The notes under the pieces were generated by a model, which worked only from the letters and a program-made list of their open reading frames with translations, searched no databases and had not been told where the DNA came from. The position numbers and the translations under genes were made by a program. A stretch of 63,861 nt of DNA, filler included, from Octopus bimaculoides (lineage: Eukaryota), in NCBI RefSeq assembly GCF_001194135.2. It is 7 parts of 6 records of this genome, joined end to end, with 100 filler letters (N's around TTAATTAATTAA, not from the genome) between each part and the next. Parts side by side here need not be neighbours in the genome. Positions count along the whole stretch, not along the records: positions 36,858 to 41,763 come from NC_068998.1; positions 41,864 to 45,822 come from NC_068999.1; positions 45,923 to 61,807 come from NC_069010.1; 4 more parts are not named here. One strand, given 5' to 3'. Below, in pieces: positions 37,656 through 50,394 of the stretch; the first letter of the stretch is position 1; each line of letters opens with the position of its first letter.

Positions 37656-39000
37656 TACCATCAACATTGTTATTATTATTTTTACTATTATTATTATTAT
37701 TTTAATTATTATTATTATTAATTATTACTCTCAAATTTTTTTTTAATTCAAGCCGTTCCTTCAGAAAATAAAATAATAATTAAAAAAAAAAAACAATTGA
37801 TCATAATAAAGTTTTAAATTTAAAAAAATAATTCGCAGTTATTTTNNNNNNNNNNNNNNNNNNNNNNNNNNNNNNNNNNNNNNNNNNNNNNNNNNNNNNN
37901 NNNNNNNNNNNNNNNNNNNNNNNNNNNNNNNNNNNNNNNNNNNNNNNNNNNNNNNNNNNNNNNNNNNNNNNNNNNNNNNNNNNNNNNNNNNNNNNNNNNN
38001 NNNNNNNNNNNNNNNNNNNNNNNNNNNNNNNNNNNNNNNNNNNNNNNNNNNNNNNNNNNNNNNNNNNNNNNNNNNNNNNNNNNNNNNNNNNNNNNNNNNN
38101 NNNNNNNNNNNNNNNNNNNNNNNNNNNNNNNNNNNNNNNNNNNNNNNNNNNNNNNNNNNNNNNNNNNNNNNNNNNNNNNNNNNNNNNNNNNNNNNNNNNN
38201 NNNNNNNNNNNNNNNNNNNNNNNNNNNNNNNNNNNNNNNNNNNNNNNNNNNNNNNNNNNNNNNNNNNNNNNNNNNNNNNNNNNNNNNNNNNNNNNNNNNN
38301 NNNNNNNNNNNNNNNNNNNNNNNNNNNNNNNNNNNNNNNNNNNNNNNNNNNNNNNNNNNNNNNNNNNNNNNNNNNNNNNNNNNNNNNNNNNNNNNNNNNN
38401 NNNNNNNNNNNNNNNNNNNNNNNNNNNNNNNNNNNNNNNNNNNNNNNNNNNNNNNNNNNNNNNNNNNNNNNNNNNNNNNNNNNNNNNNNNNNNNNNNNNN
38501 NNNNNNNNNNNNNNNNNNNNNNNNNNNNNNNNNNNNNNNNNNNNNNNNNNNNNNNNNNNNNNNNNNNNNNNNNNNNNNGAACCCTCGCTTGTTGATTATC
38601 AGGAGAATCCACCCTGTATGCATGCATTTGTGATTCTTCACCACAAAGGGTAAAAATATTTACATGCGCATTCACACATACATACGTTATTTTTTTACAA
38701 GGAAAAGGGCAACAAGTACTTCAGTTTCATCATCATTAGTCTGACGAAGACGATTTCCCCTCACAGCTGCACGCACATCTGCGATGTTTTTCTCAGTTCT
38801 GCTAGAGGCAGGTCTCTTAGAACGTTCGTCACTATCGACATTTTTTCTACCGTCTTGGAAACTCGTACACTTATGTGCGGCTCATACACTCCTCTCCACT
38901 CACTTTGAGCAGGTATCGCCATGACAGCTTTCTCTGTCGTGGTCAATGCGACGATCACGCGCTACACACCTTCCTTCTTCACTCTGCGTGCTTTAGCTTC

Positions 39001-39014
39001 GTTACTATGGCAAC
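39001..39014. promoter_or_regulatory. RFX X-box-like motif
   Basis: GTTACTATGGCAAC fits the X-box consensus (GTTNCC-AT-GGNAAC, one mismatch) in a CpG-containing unique island with splice donors on both strands. Confidence 0.55.
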
Positions 39015-39339
39015 AGTCCAGGTACTTATTGATCAGACCTCCTATATAGTGTGTGTGTTTGTGTATAACAAAAATCAATTCTATTAGCTGAAATTAGTTC
39101 GACAAAATAAGATGTACCATATTTTCTGGTAAAATCTTAAAAACTTAACGTACATTCTACACATTGATGCTTGTATTTTTTTTTTTTTTTTTTGTAAGCC
39201 AGCGGAGGTTACCGTGACTTACTATAGCTCCATAGCATAGAAAGTAGAAGAAAATATACCGACTATTAGAGATCAATACAAAAAAAAATCTTAGTAATGG
39301 AGTCTTTGCTTTTATTTTATTTTATTTTTTTTTTCAAAG

Positions 39340-39390
39340 ATTTCGAGTTAAAATTGGTGATCAGAACAATCTTGTTGCTGGAAATCGCAG
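39340..39390 (+). CDS. Candidate 51-nt symmetric exon
   Basis: Long T tract plus CAAAG acceptor and CAG|GTAAGT donor; open as FRVKIGDQNNLVAGNR (phase 2) or FELKLVIRTILLLEIA (phase 1); could be UTR. Confidence 0.55.
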
Positions 39391-41427
39391 GTAAGTTAGA
39401 GAACCATAACGATGAGAAGAACCAACTATTTTAAGCAGTCTTTTTCAAGAGATGAATTCTTCTGTAAATCGTCAATCTTATTCTTTAAAACACGCATCGG
39501 TATGTTTCTTTCAAAGGCATTTTTTTGTCGTACTAAAGTCTTTCTTACACATATAAGTGAAACAAAAATGTTCACAGGATTACAGTCAATACCTTTAAAA
39601 TACATTCTCGAAACATATGTATACATTCAGACACTTAGACGACACCTTACCATCTCACAATACAAATAAATCTAGAATTTAAAGGATGATAGTAACAATT
39701 ACATAATTAATCCAATATTGAGCATGCGTTTGTGTGATCTTTTTCTTGGAGGAGTATAACATTCCTGTTACAGTCTCTCGAAACAAAAGACTGGAATTGG
39801 TGAATTCTTGCACATACTTCTTTTCATATTGAAGAATTTCCAAATACTAACTGTAATAGTTATTTCCTATTGAAGATATTTGCCATACTCTGAAAAATAG
39901 TCACATTTTGAAAGAACATCATCTTTAAAAAAAAAACTGTATTAACAATAGACACTTTCCTTGATTGTGTGTGTTTTACACGTATGATACTGAAGACATG
40001 AAAATATAACTTTCTTTCACGTGAATCGAAAAATGCATTATGTGTTTTGCATCTAACCACTGAATAGACGAACATGTGACAACAGTCAACCAAATCTCGA
40101 TGATTGTTTAATTGCGCTGTCTTTACGAATATTTTAAATTTCTGTTTAACTTTAGTCATTAGAATTAATCAGCAACGAGAATTTGTGTGTGTACACGGAA
40201 GAGAATGCAATTTAATACATGGAATTTAATTTAATTTAATTATTCCTTTTGGTAATATAATTCACGTTTGAATAAGATCCAAATAGTTTGAATTGAAATT
40301 ATGCACCACTCAGCTTCTGTTCTCAGACATTTGCTCTCTCCAAGAGTTGGAAATTCAAAATAGCTTGTGTGTGTGAGTGTGTGTGTATACTCTTTCACTG
40401 TTTATATATATATATATATATATATATCTTGAGCAAGACACTTTATTGTGTGTGTGAAGATTATGAATCGACTAGTTGTGGGGATAGGAATTAGCAAGGA
40501 GGGTTTATTGTGACTGACATTCCTTGCCAGGCCCATTGAAAGCATATTATAATAGATAAAGTAGCGTACGAGCGGAAGAATTATTGTGATTGTTGGAATA
40601 ATATTTAGAAATATGAAAAAAAAACTTTTTATCGAATAAATGAGGATAAATATACAAAAATAATATAATTATTGAAAATTATAAAAATTTGATAGAGAAT
40701 GTAAGATAAGTTATGAAATTATTGATCGTGTATTGGAAAATAAGTAGAAAAATACAAAATATTGGTATGCTCAGTTAAACAAATTTAAGAGTTGAAAGAA
40801 AAAAGAGGTGTGAAAAAATTGGGGGACGTGCAAATTTTAAAAAATAATGCTCAAACTTATAATTAACAAAAAAAATGGGAGCTTAAGAAGCAGAAGGATA
40901 ATAATATCCAATACTTTGCTGTAGTGCAACTCAATGTCGTGTTGCAGAATGTGTTTCTCTGTTGTGTTGATGGTGATCAAAATACTGAAATGTACTTTGT
41001 GAAGTGTGGGCAGTGTTGAATATCTCATTCTTAGTATTCAAGCAAATCCTTGCTTTTTGGAAACTCTTTAGTGTAAATCTCCTACATCTCCTACAATTTG
41101 TGTAAAGTCTGCATCTTTTCACGATCCTCCAGGTGACACAGTAGTCTGCAGTTTATTTTTAATTCTCATAACAATATGAAGATTTCACAGTACAGCGTTT
41201 GCTTAAATTTTTGAACGCAGAGTGTAAATATTACAAGTCTTGCCTTGAATTTTCTTTCGGTCATGCCAGTATAACGTTTTTGATTGCCGCAGTGGTCTGG
41301 TTTCGTTACTTTGATTTCTGCTTCACATATGATAACCTTTGTTTACGGGATTCATTTAATGGACACGTACTTTTGTTTCTATGTAAGAAACTGGCCTCAC
41401 TAGTGGTGTACGTTTAAGTAAAGTTAT

Positions 41428-41763
41428 TTGTTTTGCGTGGAGTGGCTTCGATTCCCAGACCGGGCGTTGTGTGTGTTTATTGAGCGAAAACACCGAAAGC
41501 TCCACGAGGCTCTGGCAGGGGATGGTGGCGAACCCTGCTGTACTCTTTCACCACAACTTTCACTCACTCTTACTTCCTGTTTCTGTTGTGCCTATAATTC
41601 AAAGGGTCAGCCTTGTCACACTGTGTCACGCTGAATCTCCCCGAGAACTACGTTAAGGGTACACGTGTCTGTGGAGTGCTCAGCCACTTGCACGTTAATT
41701 TCATGAGCAAGCTGTTCCGTTGATCGGATCAACTGGAACGCTCAACGTCGTAAGCGACGGAGT
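41428..41763 (+). mobile_element. SINE family D
   Basis: B-box-like CTTCGATTCCC start; body shared with 47743-48110. Confidence 0.8.
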
Positions 41764-41885
41764 NNNNNNNNNNNNNNNNNNNNNNNNNNNNNNNNNNNNN
41801 NNNNNNNTTAATTAATTAANNNNNNNNNNNNNNNNNNNNNNNNNNNNNNNNNNNNNNNNNNNNTATATATATATTTATATATACT

Positions 41886-44800
41886 CTTCTGGTGGTCGTC
41901 CCTTGTCGTGGTGGAAGAGCTTGTGTTTTCCAATGATTTTCAGAGGGATACCGTCTGGAGTGTTAGACTCCTGGTAGGGTTACCCATGACGGCAAGGTCG
42001 AGGATGAGGTCCCAGACTAAAGGCGACCAAACACCATCATCAAGACCCCAACGGCAAAGCAAGCAGAGGAGGGCTATCTCAAGCGCTCGAGGATTGATTC
42101 CGGCAGAAGAGGGCAACGCCTAGTGGGCAGGCGTGACAAAGGCGGATAGACTCTGGCAGCTCGCTGCAACCAGCCTCATCAAGACTGCACGTCTCAATTC
42201 ATGAGCCGCAGTGGAGAAGTTCCTGGCCAAGTGCGTGCGCGTGGCTGTCGCACGCACAATTTACCCAGCGAATGGCTTCGTCTTTCTAAGCTGTCTCAAA
42301 AATCCCAATGTTGATGATATCGTGAGCATCGGAGGCATGTCTGGAAAGCTGGAAGCCTCTAGTCAGTGACCACACATTGACGACGAATCTCAGATGGTTG
42401 CTTTCCAATGAATAGCGGTGACATTGGAGTTCGGCAGCTAGACTCGGGACTAGGCTGGCCTCTTTACGATTACCGCAGCGCACCCCTCAAGGGGAAGCCC
42501 CTAGAAAAGATGGGGTAAACATCGGACACAATAACTCGATCTCGCCAGCATACTGCGGCTGGGGAACCTCCTACTTAGCGGTCGGAATACTACTAAATCC
42601 TTTGTTTCACAACATCTCAACTTCGGGGCCTGGAACATCTGCACTCTCCAGGACAAGAGTGACATTCATCGACTAGAGCAACGCACAGCCCTCGTCTGCA
42701 AGGAACTTACCCGCTTCAACATCGACATAGCAGCCTTGAGCGAGACTAGGCTTCCTGGAGAAGGCAGCATCAGAGACGCTGGCTCCAAATACACCATTTT
42801 TGGAAGGGGAAGAATCCTAATGAACCACGTATCCATGAAATTATCCATGGAGTTGGCCTCGCCATCAAAATGCAACTCATGGACCAACATAGACTCGTCC
42901 CAACTGCCGTCAGTGAGCACCTCATTCAGGATAGATTCCTTACGCTGATCTCTGTCTATGCCCCTACACTCACATCTGAAGACGTTGTCAAGGCATCGTT
43001 CTACAACTTGCTGGATCGTACCATACAGACAGTCCCCACGCATGACAAACTCGTCGTGTTGGGGGACTTTAAGGGCAGAGTCGGCAGTGACCATTGTCTG
43101 TGGAATGGCCATCACAGCATTGGGAAATGCAATGCCAATGACCAGTTCCTCCTGGGCCTTTGCGCTGAGCTCGAACTCGTCATCACCAACTCCCTATTTC
43201 GTCGCACTACCCGACAAAAACAACCTGGAAACACCCACGGTCTAAACACTGGCACATCCTTGACTACGTTCTGACAAGATCCAGGGACTGACGAGATGTA
43301 CATATCACCCGCTCCAACCTGGTGCAGATGACTGCTGGATGGATCACCGCCTTCTTATTTCTCGCTTTGACATCAAGATCCGCTACCCACCAAAGCAGGT
43401 ATCGGCAAACATCCCTTGCCGACGCTTCGATTGCGCCAAACTCCAGAACTCACAGGCATCCCAAGACTTCGGAAAATCTATTGCGAGACACCTGATGGAC
43501 CTCCCAGAGCCAACCTCCATTGAGGATCGCTGGACTAGCCTTCGTGAAGCCATGACCGCTGCCGCTGAGGAGACGATCGGCTTTTCCCGGAAGAAGGGCC
43601 AAGACTGGTTTGACGAGAATGATGAAACCATCTCCTGTCTTATCGAAGCCAAACTCCGGACGCGCCTAGCCTTCGAGAACCATGTCACTGCGGAGAACAA
43701 ACGAAAACGCCAGCAAGCATCAGTGGAATGCCAGCGAGGAATTCGAGAAGCTCAGAAAATCTGGCAGGGGAAAGCAGAGGAAATGCAAATCTATGCGGAC
43801 CAACGAGACTTGCGCAGCTTTTATGCCGCAACCAAGGTGATCTTCGGCCCCACAAGGTCATCATTGGGCGGCCTGAAGAACGCAGCTGGCCCTACGATAA
43901 CCGACACCCAGGGAATTCTCGATCGCTGGAAGTCCCATATCAAGTGCCTACTTAACGACCACTTACGCACACCTGACGATGTCCTTCAAAACACCACACA
44001 GCTCCTCATCCACCATTGGATGCCCTCACGCTGCTCTCACACCATGAGTTCAACAAAGCACTTGCTTGCATGAAGCCGGGGAAAGCTCCAGGACCAGACA
44101 ACATCTCGTTTGAGTTTTTCAGGCACGGAGTTCCTGAGCTGAGAAATTATCTGATGCTCCTTATCCTCAAGATCTGAGAAAGCAAGACCCCCTGCCCCGA
44201 ACGTCTTCTGCGATGCAACTATCATCACTTTCTACAAAAAGGGAGACCGTGAGGATTGCAACAACTATCTGGGAATCTCACTCCTGAGTATTGCAAGTAA
44301 GATCTTCGCCCGTATCCTACTCGAAAGACGTCCTCCTTGATTCTCAGTGTGGCTTTCAGCCCTCTCGAAGCACAATCGACATGATATTTTGTGTCTGTCA
44401 ACTCCAGTAGAAGTGTCAGAAACAACAACAACCTGCAATGTTCATCTTCTGGGATCTAAAGAAAGCCTTTGACAAGGTTCCTCTGTCCTGCAATGAGGGC
44501 CGTCCTTGCCCGGTTTGGATGTCCGGAGCACTTTATTTCCCTGGTCCGCTCCCTCCACGACAGCATGGTGGGTAGGGTATGCCATCAAAATGCCTTCACA
44601 GACCCTCTTTCCCATCACTGGTGGTCTTATGCAAGGATGCGTCCTGGCACCAACCTATTTCTCTTTGTACATGGCCGCCATGTTCAACGAAATCCCACCA
44701 GACTCACCTTCCATCAACATGCACTATCACTTGGATGATGAAATCTTCAATCTTACATGTCTCCGTGCAAAGACGAAGACCTCCGCCATATCAGTCCGTG

Positions 44801-45797
44801 AGATTCAGTATGCCGATGACAATGCCACTCCAAGCCGGTCCGCAGATGGCCTACAAAGGACGACCAATCTTTACAACGCGGCTTACGAACGCTTCGGGAT
44901 GCAGGTAAACACATTAAAGACCACGACACTGATCCAACCTGCCAGGCCAGAACAGTCCACCCACAAACGGCCGACCCCTAGATCAAGTTGAACACTTCGC
45001 ACACCTTATAATATCCTTTCGAAGACCGCCACGTTTGAAAAGGACGTGGAGAACCGGATCGGGACGGCCAGCTTCGCCTTCGGCAGACTCAGCTAACGTG
45101 TATTCTTTAATCACACGCTGACCACTCGGACAAAGATCATGGTTTTCCGTGCCATTGTCCTGTCAACTCTACTCTACGCTTGTGAGACTTGGACGTTGTA
45201 CCACCGTGACTTCAAGCGCCTTGAATGCTTCCAGCAATCGAAGCTACGACAGATCCTCAACACACAATGGGAAGATCACGTTACCAACAATGAGGTTCTT
45301 CGCCGCACCTCACTACCAAGTCTCGAAGCCACCATTCTTCGCCATCGTCTCCACTGGGCAGGTCACGTCCAGTGTATGGAGCCCTCTCGTCTCCTAATGA
45401 TCATGCTCTACGGAGAACTTGCAATCGGAACAAGACCCAGTGGAGGTCCGAAATTCCATTTTAAAGATCAGCTCAAACGGACCTTGGCTCAAGCTAACAC
45501 CCAGCCATTCTCATGGGAACAGATTGCCACGGATAGGACAGCCTGGAGGAGTGCTATCCGCAATGGAGCCAGCTCCTTCGAGTAGAACAGACAACAGAAT
45601 GAGGAGGCAAAACATAGAAGAAAGGAACGTCTTCAACATCCTCGACCTGCACCAACCATCCTGTGCGAGTTCTGCCCACGACTCTTTCACTACCGACTTG
45701 GACTCCAAAGTCACTTTCGGCACAAACATCAGCCGAGGAGACTGGATGGAAACTAACGAACCCAGTGCTCGGATACGAGCTGGAGCCGACGACGATA
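41886..45797 (+). mobile_element. Full-length, inactivated RTE-clade LINE (APE, RT, C-terminal C2H2)
   Basis: NFGAWNICTL...IDIAALSETRLPGEG (APE), VVLGDFKGRVG, YRGISLL-like GISLLSIASKIFARIL, QGCVLAPTYF, QYADD (YADD at 44809-44820), LYACETW, RLHWAGHV, CEFCPRLFHYRLGLQSHFRHKH; multiple frameshifts and stops; (GAC/GAT)n tail; inserted in a TA microsatellite. Confidence 0.97.
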
Positions 45798-46220
45798 TGT
45801 ATATATATATATATATATATATNNNNNNNNNNNNNNNNNNNNNNNNNNNNNNNNNNNNNNNNNNNNTTAATTAATTAANNNNNNNNNNNNNNNNNNNNNN
45901 NNNNNNNNNNNNNNNNNNNNNNACTTATTGTTGGCTGAGATATATATCTAATTATTGTTCTACTTACGATCTGACGAGTAGCTATATTTTTGAATAGAAC
46001 TTATTTTCGATAATTTCAATTGATTTTAATCGATTTAAATTTCTTTTCTATTTGAAAATTGGTTATGAAACACGTAATCTTTTTATTATATTTATCTTAT
46101 GATATTTACTTTACTTTATATTATACTCATTTATTGTGCTTTTAATTATTAATTTTTCTATATGTGATAGTGGATTTTCATCGATGAGTTCTTGAAAATT
46201 GGTTATTTTCCCTAAAACTA

Positions 46221-46254
<34 letters not shown>

Positions 46255-46724
46255 GAGTGAGTGGATAAACAACTTAACATGAACACAACATAAGACAGAA
46301 CACTACTAACCTTACCAATAATACCACTAACACCCATATATTCCTTACACCATTCATATTACAGTATTATATCAACCCTAATTGCACCATGTCCAGCACT
46401 ACTTACCTCCCTTACACTATCTTTTTACTCAGGGACTAGTAGACCTGACAAAATTTGAGAATTGGTACACATTCAAAGCCAGTGAACAGTAATGACGATA
46501 CTGGTTTGACTTTGAATCTCTTTAACAATTCAAAATAATGAATTTAATTCCTCTTAATTGTACCTCGGTTCATCTAATTGTATATATTTATTGCTATTTT
46601 TCATTAAAAAAAGGTTTTTTTTTTTTTGATATTCAATGTGCATTTTCGCTTTTTTTCTTCTTACTTTCCCCATCGTTGTTTCTATTTTCCTTTTTGAAAC
46701 ATATTTGTATTTTATATATATATG

Positions 46725-46807
46725 CGGTGGATGTAGGTGTCTTCAAGATGAGGCTGGACCTCTTCTTGTCAGGTGTCTCAGATGAACCAACTTCACGGCA
46801 GGAGGTG
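46725..46807 (+). mobile_element. 3' coding end of a CR1/L2-like LINE, cut by a gap
   Basis: VDVGVFKMRLDLFLSGVSDEPTSRQE resembles the FKxxLDxFLxxVPDEP C-terminus. Confidence 0.5.
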
Positions 46808-47742
46808 NNNNNNNNNNNNNNNNNNNNNNNNNNNNNNNNNNNNNNNNNNNNNNNNNNNNNNNNNNNNNNNNNNNNNNNNNNNNNNNNNNNNNNNNNNNNN
46901 NNNNNNNNNNNNNNNNNNNNNNNNNNNNNNNNNNNNNNNNNNNNNNNNNNNNNNNNNNNNNNNNNNNNNNNNNNNNNNNNNNNNNNNNNNNNNNNNNNNN
47001 NNNNNNNNNNNNNNNNNNNNNNNNNNNNNNNNNNNNNNNNNNNNNNNNNNNNNNNNNNNNNNNNNNNNNNNNNNNNNNNNNNNNNNNNNNNNNNNNNNNN
47101 NNNNNNNNNNNNNNNNNNNNNNNNNNNNNNNNNNNNNNNNNNNNNNNNNNNNNNNNNNNNNNNNNNNNNNNNNNNNNNNNNNNNNNNNNNNNNNNNNNNN
47201 NNNNNNNNNNNNNNNNNNNNNNNNNNNNNNNNNNNNNNNNNNNNNNNNNNNNNNNNNNNNNNNNNNNNNNNNNNNNNNNNNNNNNNNNNNNNNNNNNNNN
47301 NNNNNNNNNNNNNNNNNNNNNNNNNNNNNNNNNNNNNNNNNNNNNNNNNNNNNNNNNNNNNNNNNNNNNNNNNNNNNNNNNNNNNNNNNNNNNNNNNNNN
47401 NNNNNNNNNNNNNNNNNNNNNNNNNNNNNNNNNNNNNNNNNNNNNNNNNNNNNNNNNNNNNNNNNNNNNNNNNNNNNNNNNNNNNNNNNNNNNNNNNNNN
47501 NNNNNNNNNNNNNNNNNNNNNNNNNNNNNNNNNNNNNNNNNNNNNNNNNNNNNNNNNNNNNNNNNNNNNNNNNNNNNNNNNNNNNNNNNNNNNNNNNNNN
47601 NNNNNNNNNNNNNNNNNNNNNNNNNNNNNNNNNNNNNNNNNNNNNNNNNNNNNNNNNNNNNNNNNNNNNNNNNNNNNNNNNNNNNNNNNNNNNNNNNNNN
47701 NNNNNNNNNNNNNNNNNNNNNNNNNNNNNNNNNNNNNNNNNN

Positions 47743-48110
47743 AATTCAAAGGGGTCAGCCTTGTCACACACTGTGTCATGCTGAATATCCCCGAGAGTTA
47801 CGTTAAGGGTACACGTGTCTGTGGAGTGCTCAGCCACTTGCACGTTAATTTCACAGGGGATGGTGGCGAACCCTGCTGTACTCTTTCACCACAACTTTCT
47901 CTCACTCTTACTTCCTGTTTCTGTTGTGCCTGTAATTCAAAGGGGTCAGCCTTGTCACACACTGTGTCATGCTGAATATCCCCGAGAGTTACGTTAAGGG
48001 TACACGTGTCTGTGGAGTGCTCAGCCACTTGCACGTTAATTTCACGAGCAGGCTGTTCGGTTGATCGGATCAACTGGAACCCTCGACGTCGTAAGCGACA
48101 GAGTGCCAAC
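47743..48110 (+). mobile_element. SINE family D with a 192-bp internal tandem duplication
   Basis: AATTCAAAGGGGTCAGCC...GTTAATTTCAC occurs at 47743 and again at 47935. Confidence 0.85.
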
Positions 48111-48324
48111 GAATGTGTTCAATAGGACCCAAGCTTGGGCAACATGGTATGGAGGACAAGTAGTTGCCCCGTTCAGAACAAGACTGTAGACATCATCAAA
48201 GTGCCTCAGGGGCTCTGACACCCAATATTTCTTTAGGGTTTATTTCCCAAGCCTTTTCCATGGCTGGACATAACTGCAAAGCAGCAGAGGCTTTGGATCA
48301 CCTAAAAAGCATTGGTTTACGTAC

Positions 48325-48541
48325 TGGTGCCATGTCAAAAGCACTGGTGATGGTGCCACATAAAAAGCACCCACTACACTCTCGAAGTGGTTGGCGTTAG
48401 GAAGGGCATCCAGCTGTAGAAACTCTGCCAAATCAGATTGGAGCCTGGTGTAGCCATCCGGTTTCACCAGTCCTCAGTCAAATCATCCAACCCATGCTAG
48501 CATGGAAAGCGGACGTTAAACGATGATGATGATGATGATGA
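48325..48541 (+). mobile_element. Non-autonomous retroposon family C (RTE-related, (GAT)n tail)
   Basis: GGTTGGCGTTAGGAAGGGCATCCAGCTGTAGAAAC...CATGGAAAGCGGACGTTAAACGATGATGAT; six copies in the window. Confidence 0.8.
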
Positions 48542-48544
48542 TGT

Positions 48545-48930
48545 ATAGGTGCAGGTGTGGCACCGCATGGTTCCAGGTTCAGTCCCACTGCGTGACACCT
48601 TGGGCAAGTGACTTCTACTATAGCCTTGGGCCGACCAAAGCCTTGTGAGTGGATTTGGCAGATGGAAACTGGAAGAAGCCCATTGTATATGTATGTGTAT
48701 ATTTATGCATGTCTTTGTGCCTGTTTGTCCCCCCACCCCCACCCCCACCACTTGACAACCGATGTTGGTGTGTCTATGTCACTGTAACTTAGCGGTTCAG
48801 CAAAGTAGACCGATAGAAGGACTAAGCTTACAAAGAATAAGTCCTGGGGTCAGTTTCTTTGACTAAAAAAAACCCTTTGAAGGAGTGCTCCAGCATGGCT
48901 GCAGTCAAATAACTGAAACAAGTAAAAGAA
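48545..48930 (+). mobile_element. SINE family B, near full length
   Basis: Head, ACCTTGGGCAAGT core and tail all present. Confidence 0.9.
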
Positions 48931-48944
48931 AAAAAATAGAATAT

Positions 48945-49105
48945 ACGATGGGCTTCTTTCAGTTTCCATCTACCAAATCCACTCACAAGGCTTTTTGTCG
49001 ACCTGGGGCTATAGTAGAAGACACTTGACCCAGATGCCACGCAGTGGGACTGAACCCTGAACCATGTGATTGGGAAGTAAGCTTCTTACCACACAGCCAC
49101 ACCTG
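48945..49105 (-). mobile_element. SINE family B, 5' half, inverted relative to the preceding copy
   Basis: Reverse complement of approximately 48560-48690. Confidence 0.85.
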
Positions 49106-49504
49106 TACTTGATTACGATGAAACTTCACTGAGCAGAAGACCTATGTTCAAAGACCTTCCAAATATGACCATCCACGCTTTTATTTTCAGATAATATAGC
49201 TACTGCTATTATGCGAAATTTGCACTTCCTTTTTCTCATTAAGTAAAACGTTGAGTGTGAGTTTGGCTGCTCTTTTTAGGAGTTTAAATGGCCACGTAGA
49301 GATTCCCACATTGGGTCGATTTAAACTGTTGGTATTGTTATTTAATTCCAATTCTTCTCTGCTTGTGTAAACCTGTAATGAAGGCTCTTCCAGCCACATG
49401 ACTATCAAATTATCCAATCTGCCCTTTCTTTCTTCAGGTTGTAGAGTGGGGGATTTAAGAGGGATTTGGCTGCTATTTCTAGTACGCTGAACGACCATAT
49501 ATAG

Positions 49505-49816
49505 TAGCGTTTCTCAACCTATTCTCTCCCAGACCCCACGATAACTTGCCAGAAAAATGTATGCCCGACCAGTGGTTGAAAAAAAACTTTATTTCTAATA
49601 TTTTAATATTACCACAGTTGCTTAATACAACAGTATCTACCGGTAATTCTTATTAAGAACTGAGTACAAAAAAGAAAGTACATTTAAAAAAAGATTTTCA
49701 CAATTCCCTGTCCCACTAATAAAAAAAAAAAAGGAAAAAAATTAACATCTCCCGTCCCACCACAATTTTCCCAGGCACCACCAGTGAGGTGTATACCCCA
49801 AAGTTGGGAATCACTC
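49505..49816. mobile_element. Degenerate hAT-type MITE
   Basis: Ends TAGCGTTTCTCAACCT and AAGTTGGGAATCACTC resemble CAGTGTTTCTCAACC-type TIRs; no TSD recognised. Confidence 0.4.
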
Positions 49817-50285
49817 GTGGAGAAAAAGCTCCCTCGGTGTTTGGCGGGTAAAGAATTCGTGTGTTGATGCTGAGAATATGATGCTAACTCCGTCAGAGGG
49901 CTTGGCTTACAATAATAATAATAAAATCTGTAGGGTTCAGTACGTGTAAGGAAAGCGAAAATTTTTGGCTGTGAAACTGAAACTAGCTCTGTAATAAAGT
50001 CAATTAAGGAACGACCCCTTTTGGTTTATAATTTTGTGAAATGTTTAGGGAACACTTGGTTTCTTATTAATTGGAAGTATAGGGGCCAGCAGGAAATACA
50101 GAGGCCGGTTGCTGATGGTTGTGTTAACCTTAGAATAATTCATATATTAGTCAGCAGTTTTAGATGTTGTGTGTGAATGAGAAACTTGGCTGCTGGATTG
50201 ATTTTACTGCAGTGAAGTGAATGAGGAAACAGATTCCTCCATCTGACATATATATACACATACGCACAGACAAGCAGTACTTATA

Positions 50286-50316
<31 letters not shown>

Positions 50317-50394
50317 CTTATATATACATACTCGTACGGGAGCGTATGATGACACATTGGACTAACGAAGAAAGCCTATAGGTGGTCTCTTACG

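Noticed and set aside
39412-40159. Several 66-99-aa ORFs on both strands
   Set aside because: No recognisable motif or convincing splice boundaries; compatible with chance in AT-rich DNA or unrecognisable fossil coding sequence.
41069-41134. Exon-like CKSPTSPTICVKSASFHDPP with CAG|GTGACA
   Set aside because: Phase-incompatible with the 39340-39390 exon, and the donor is weak.
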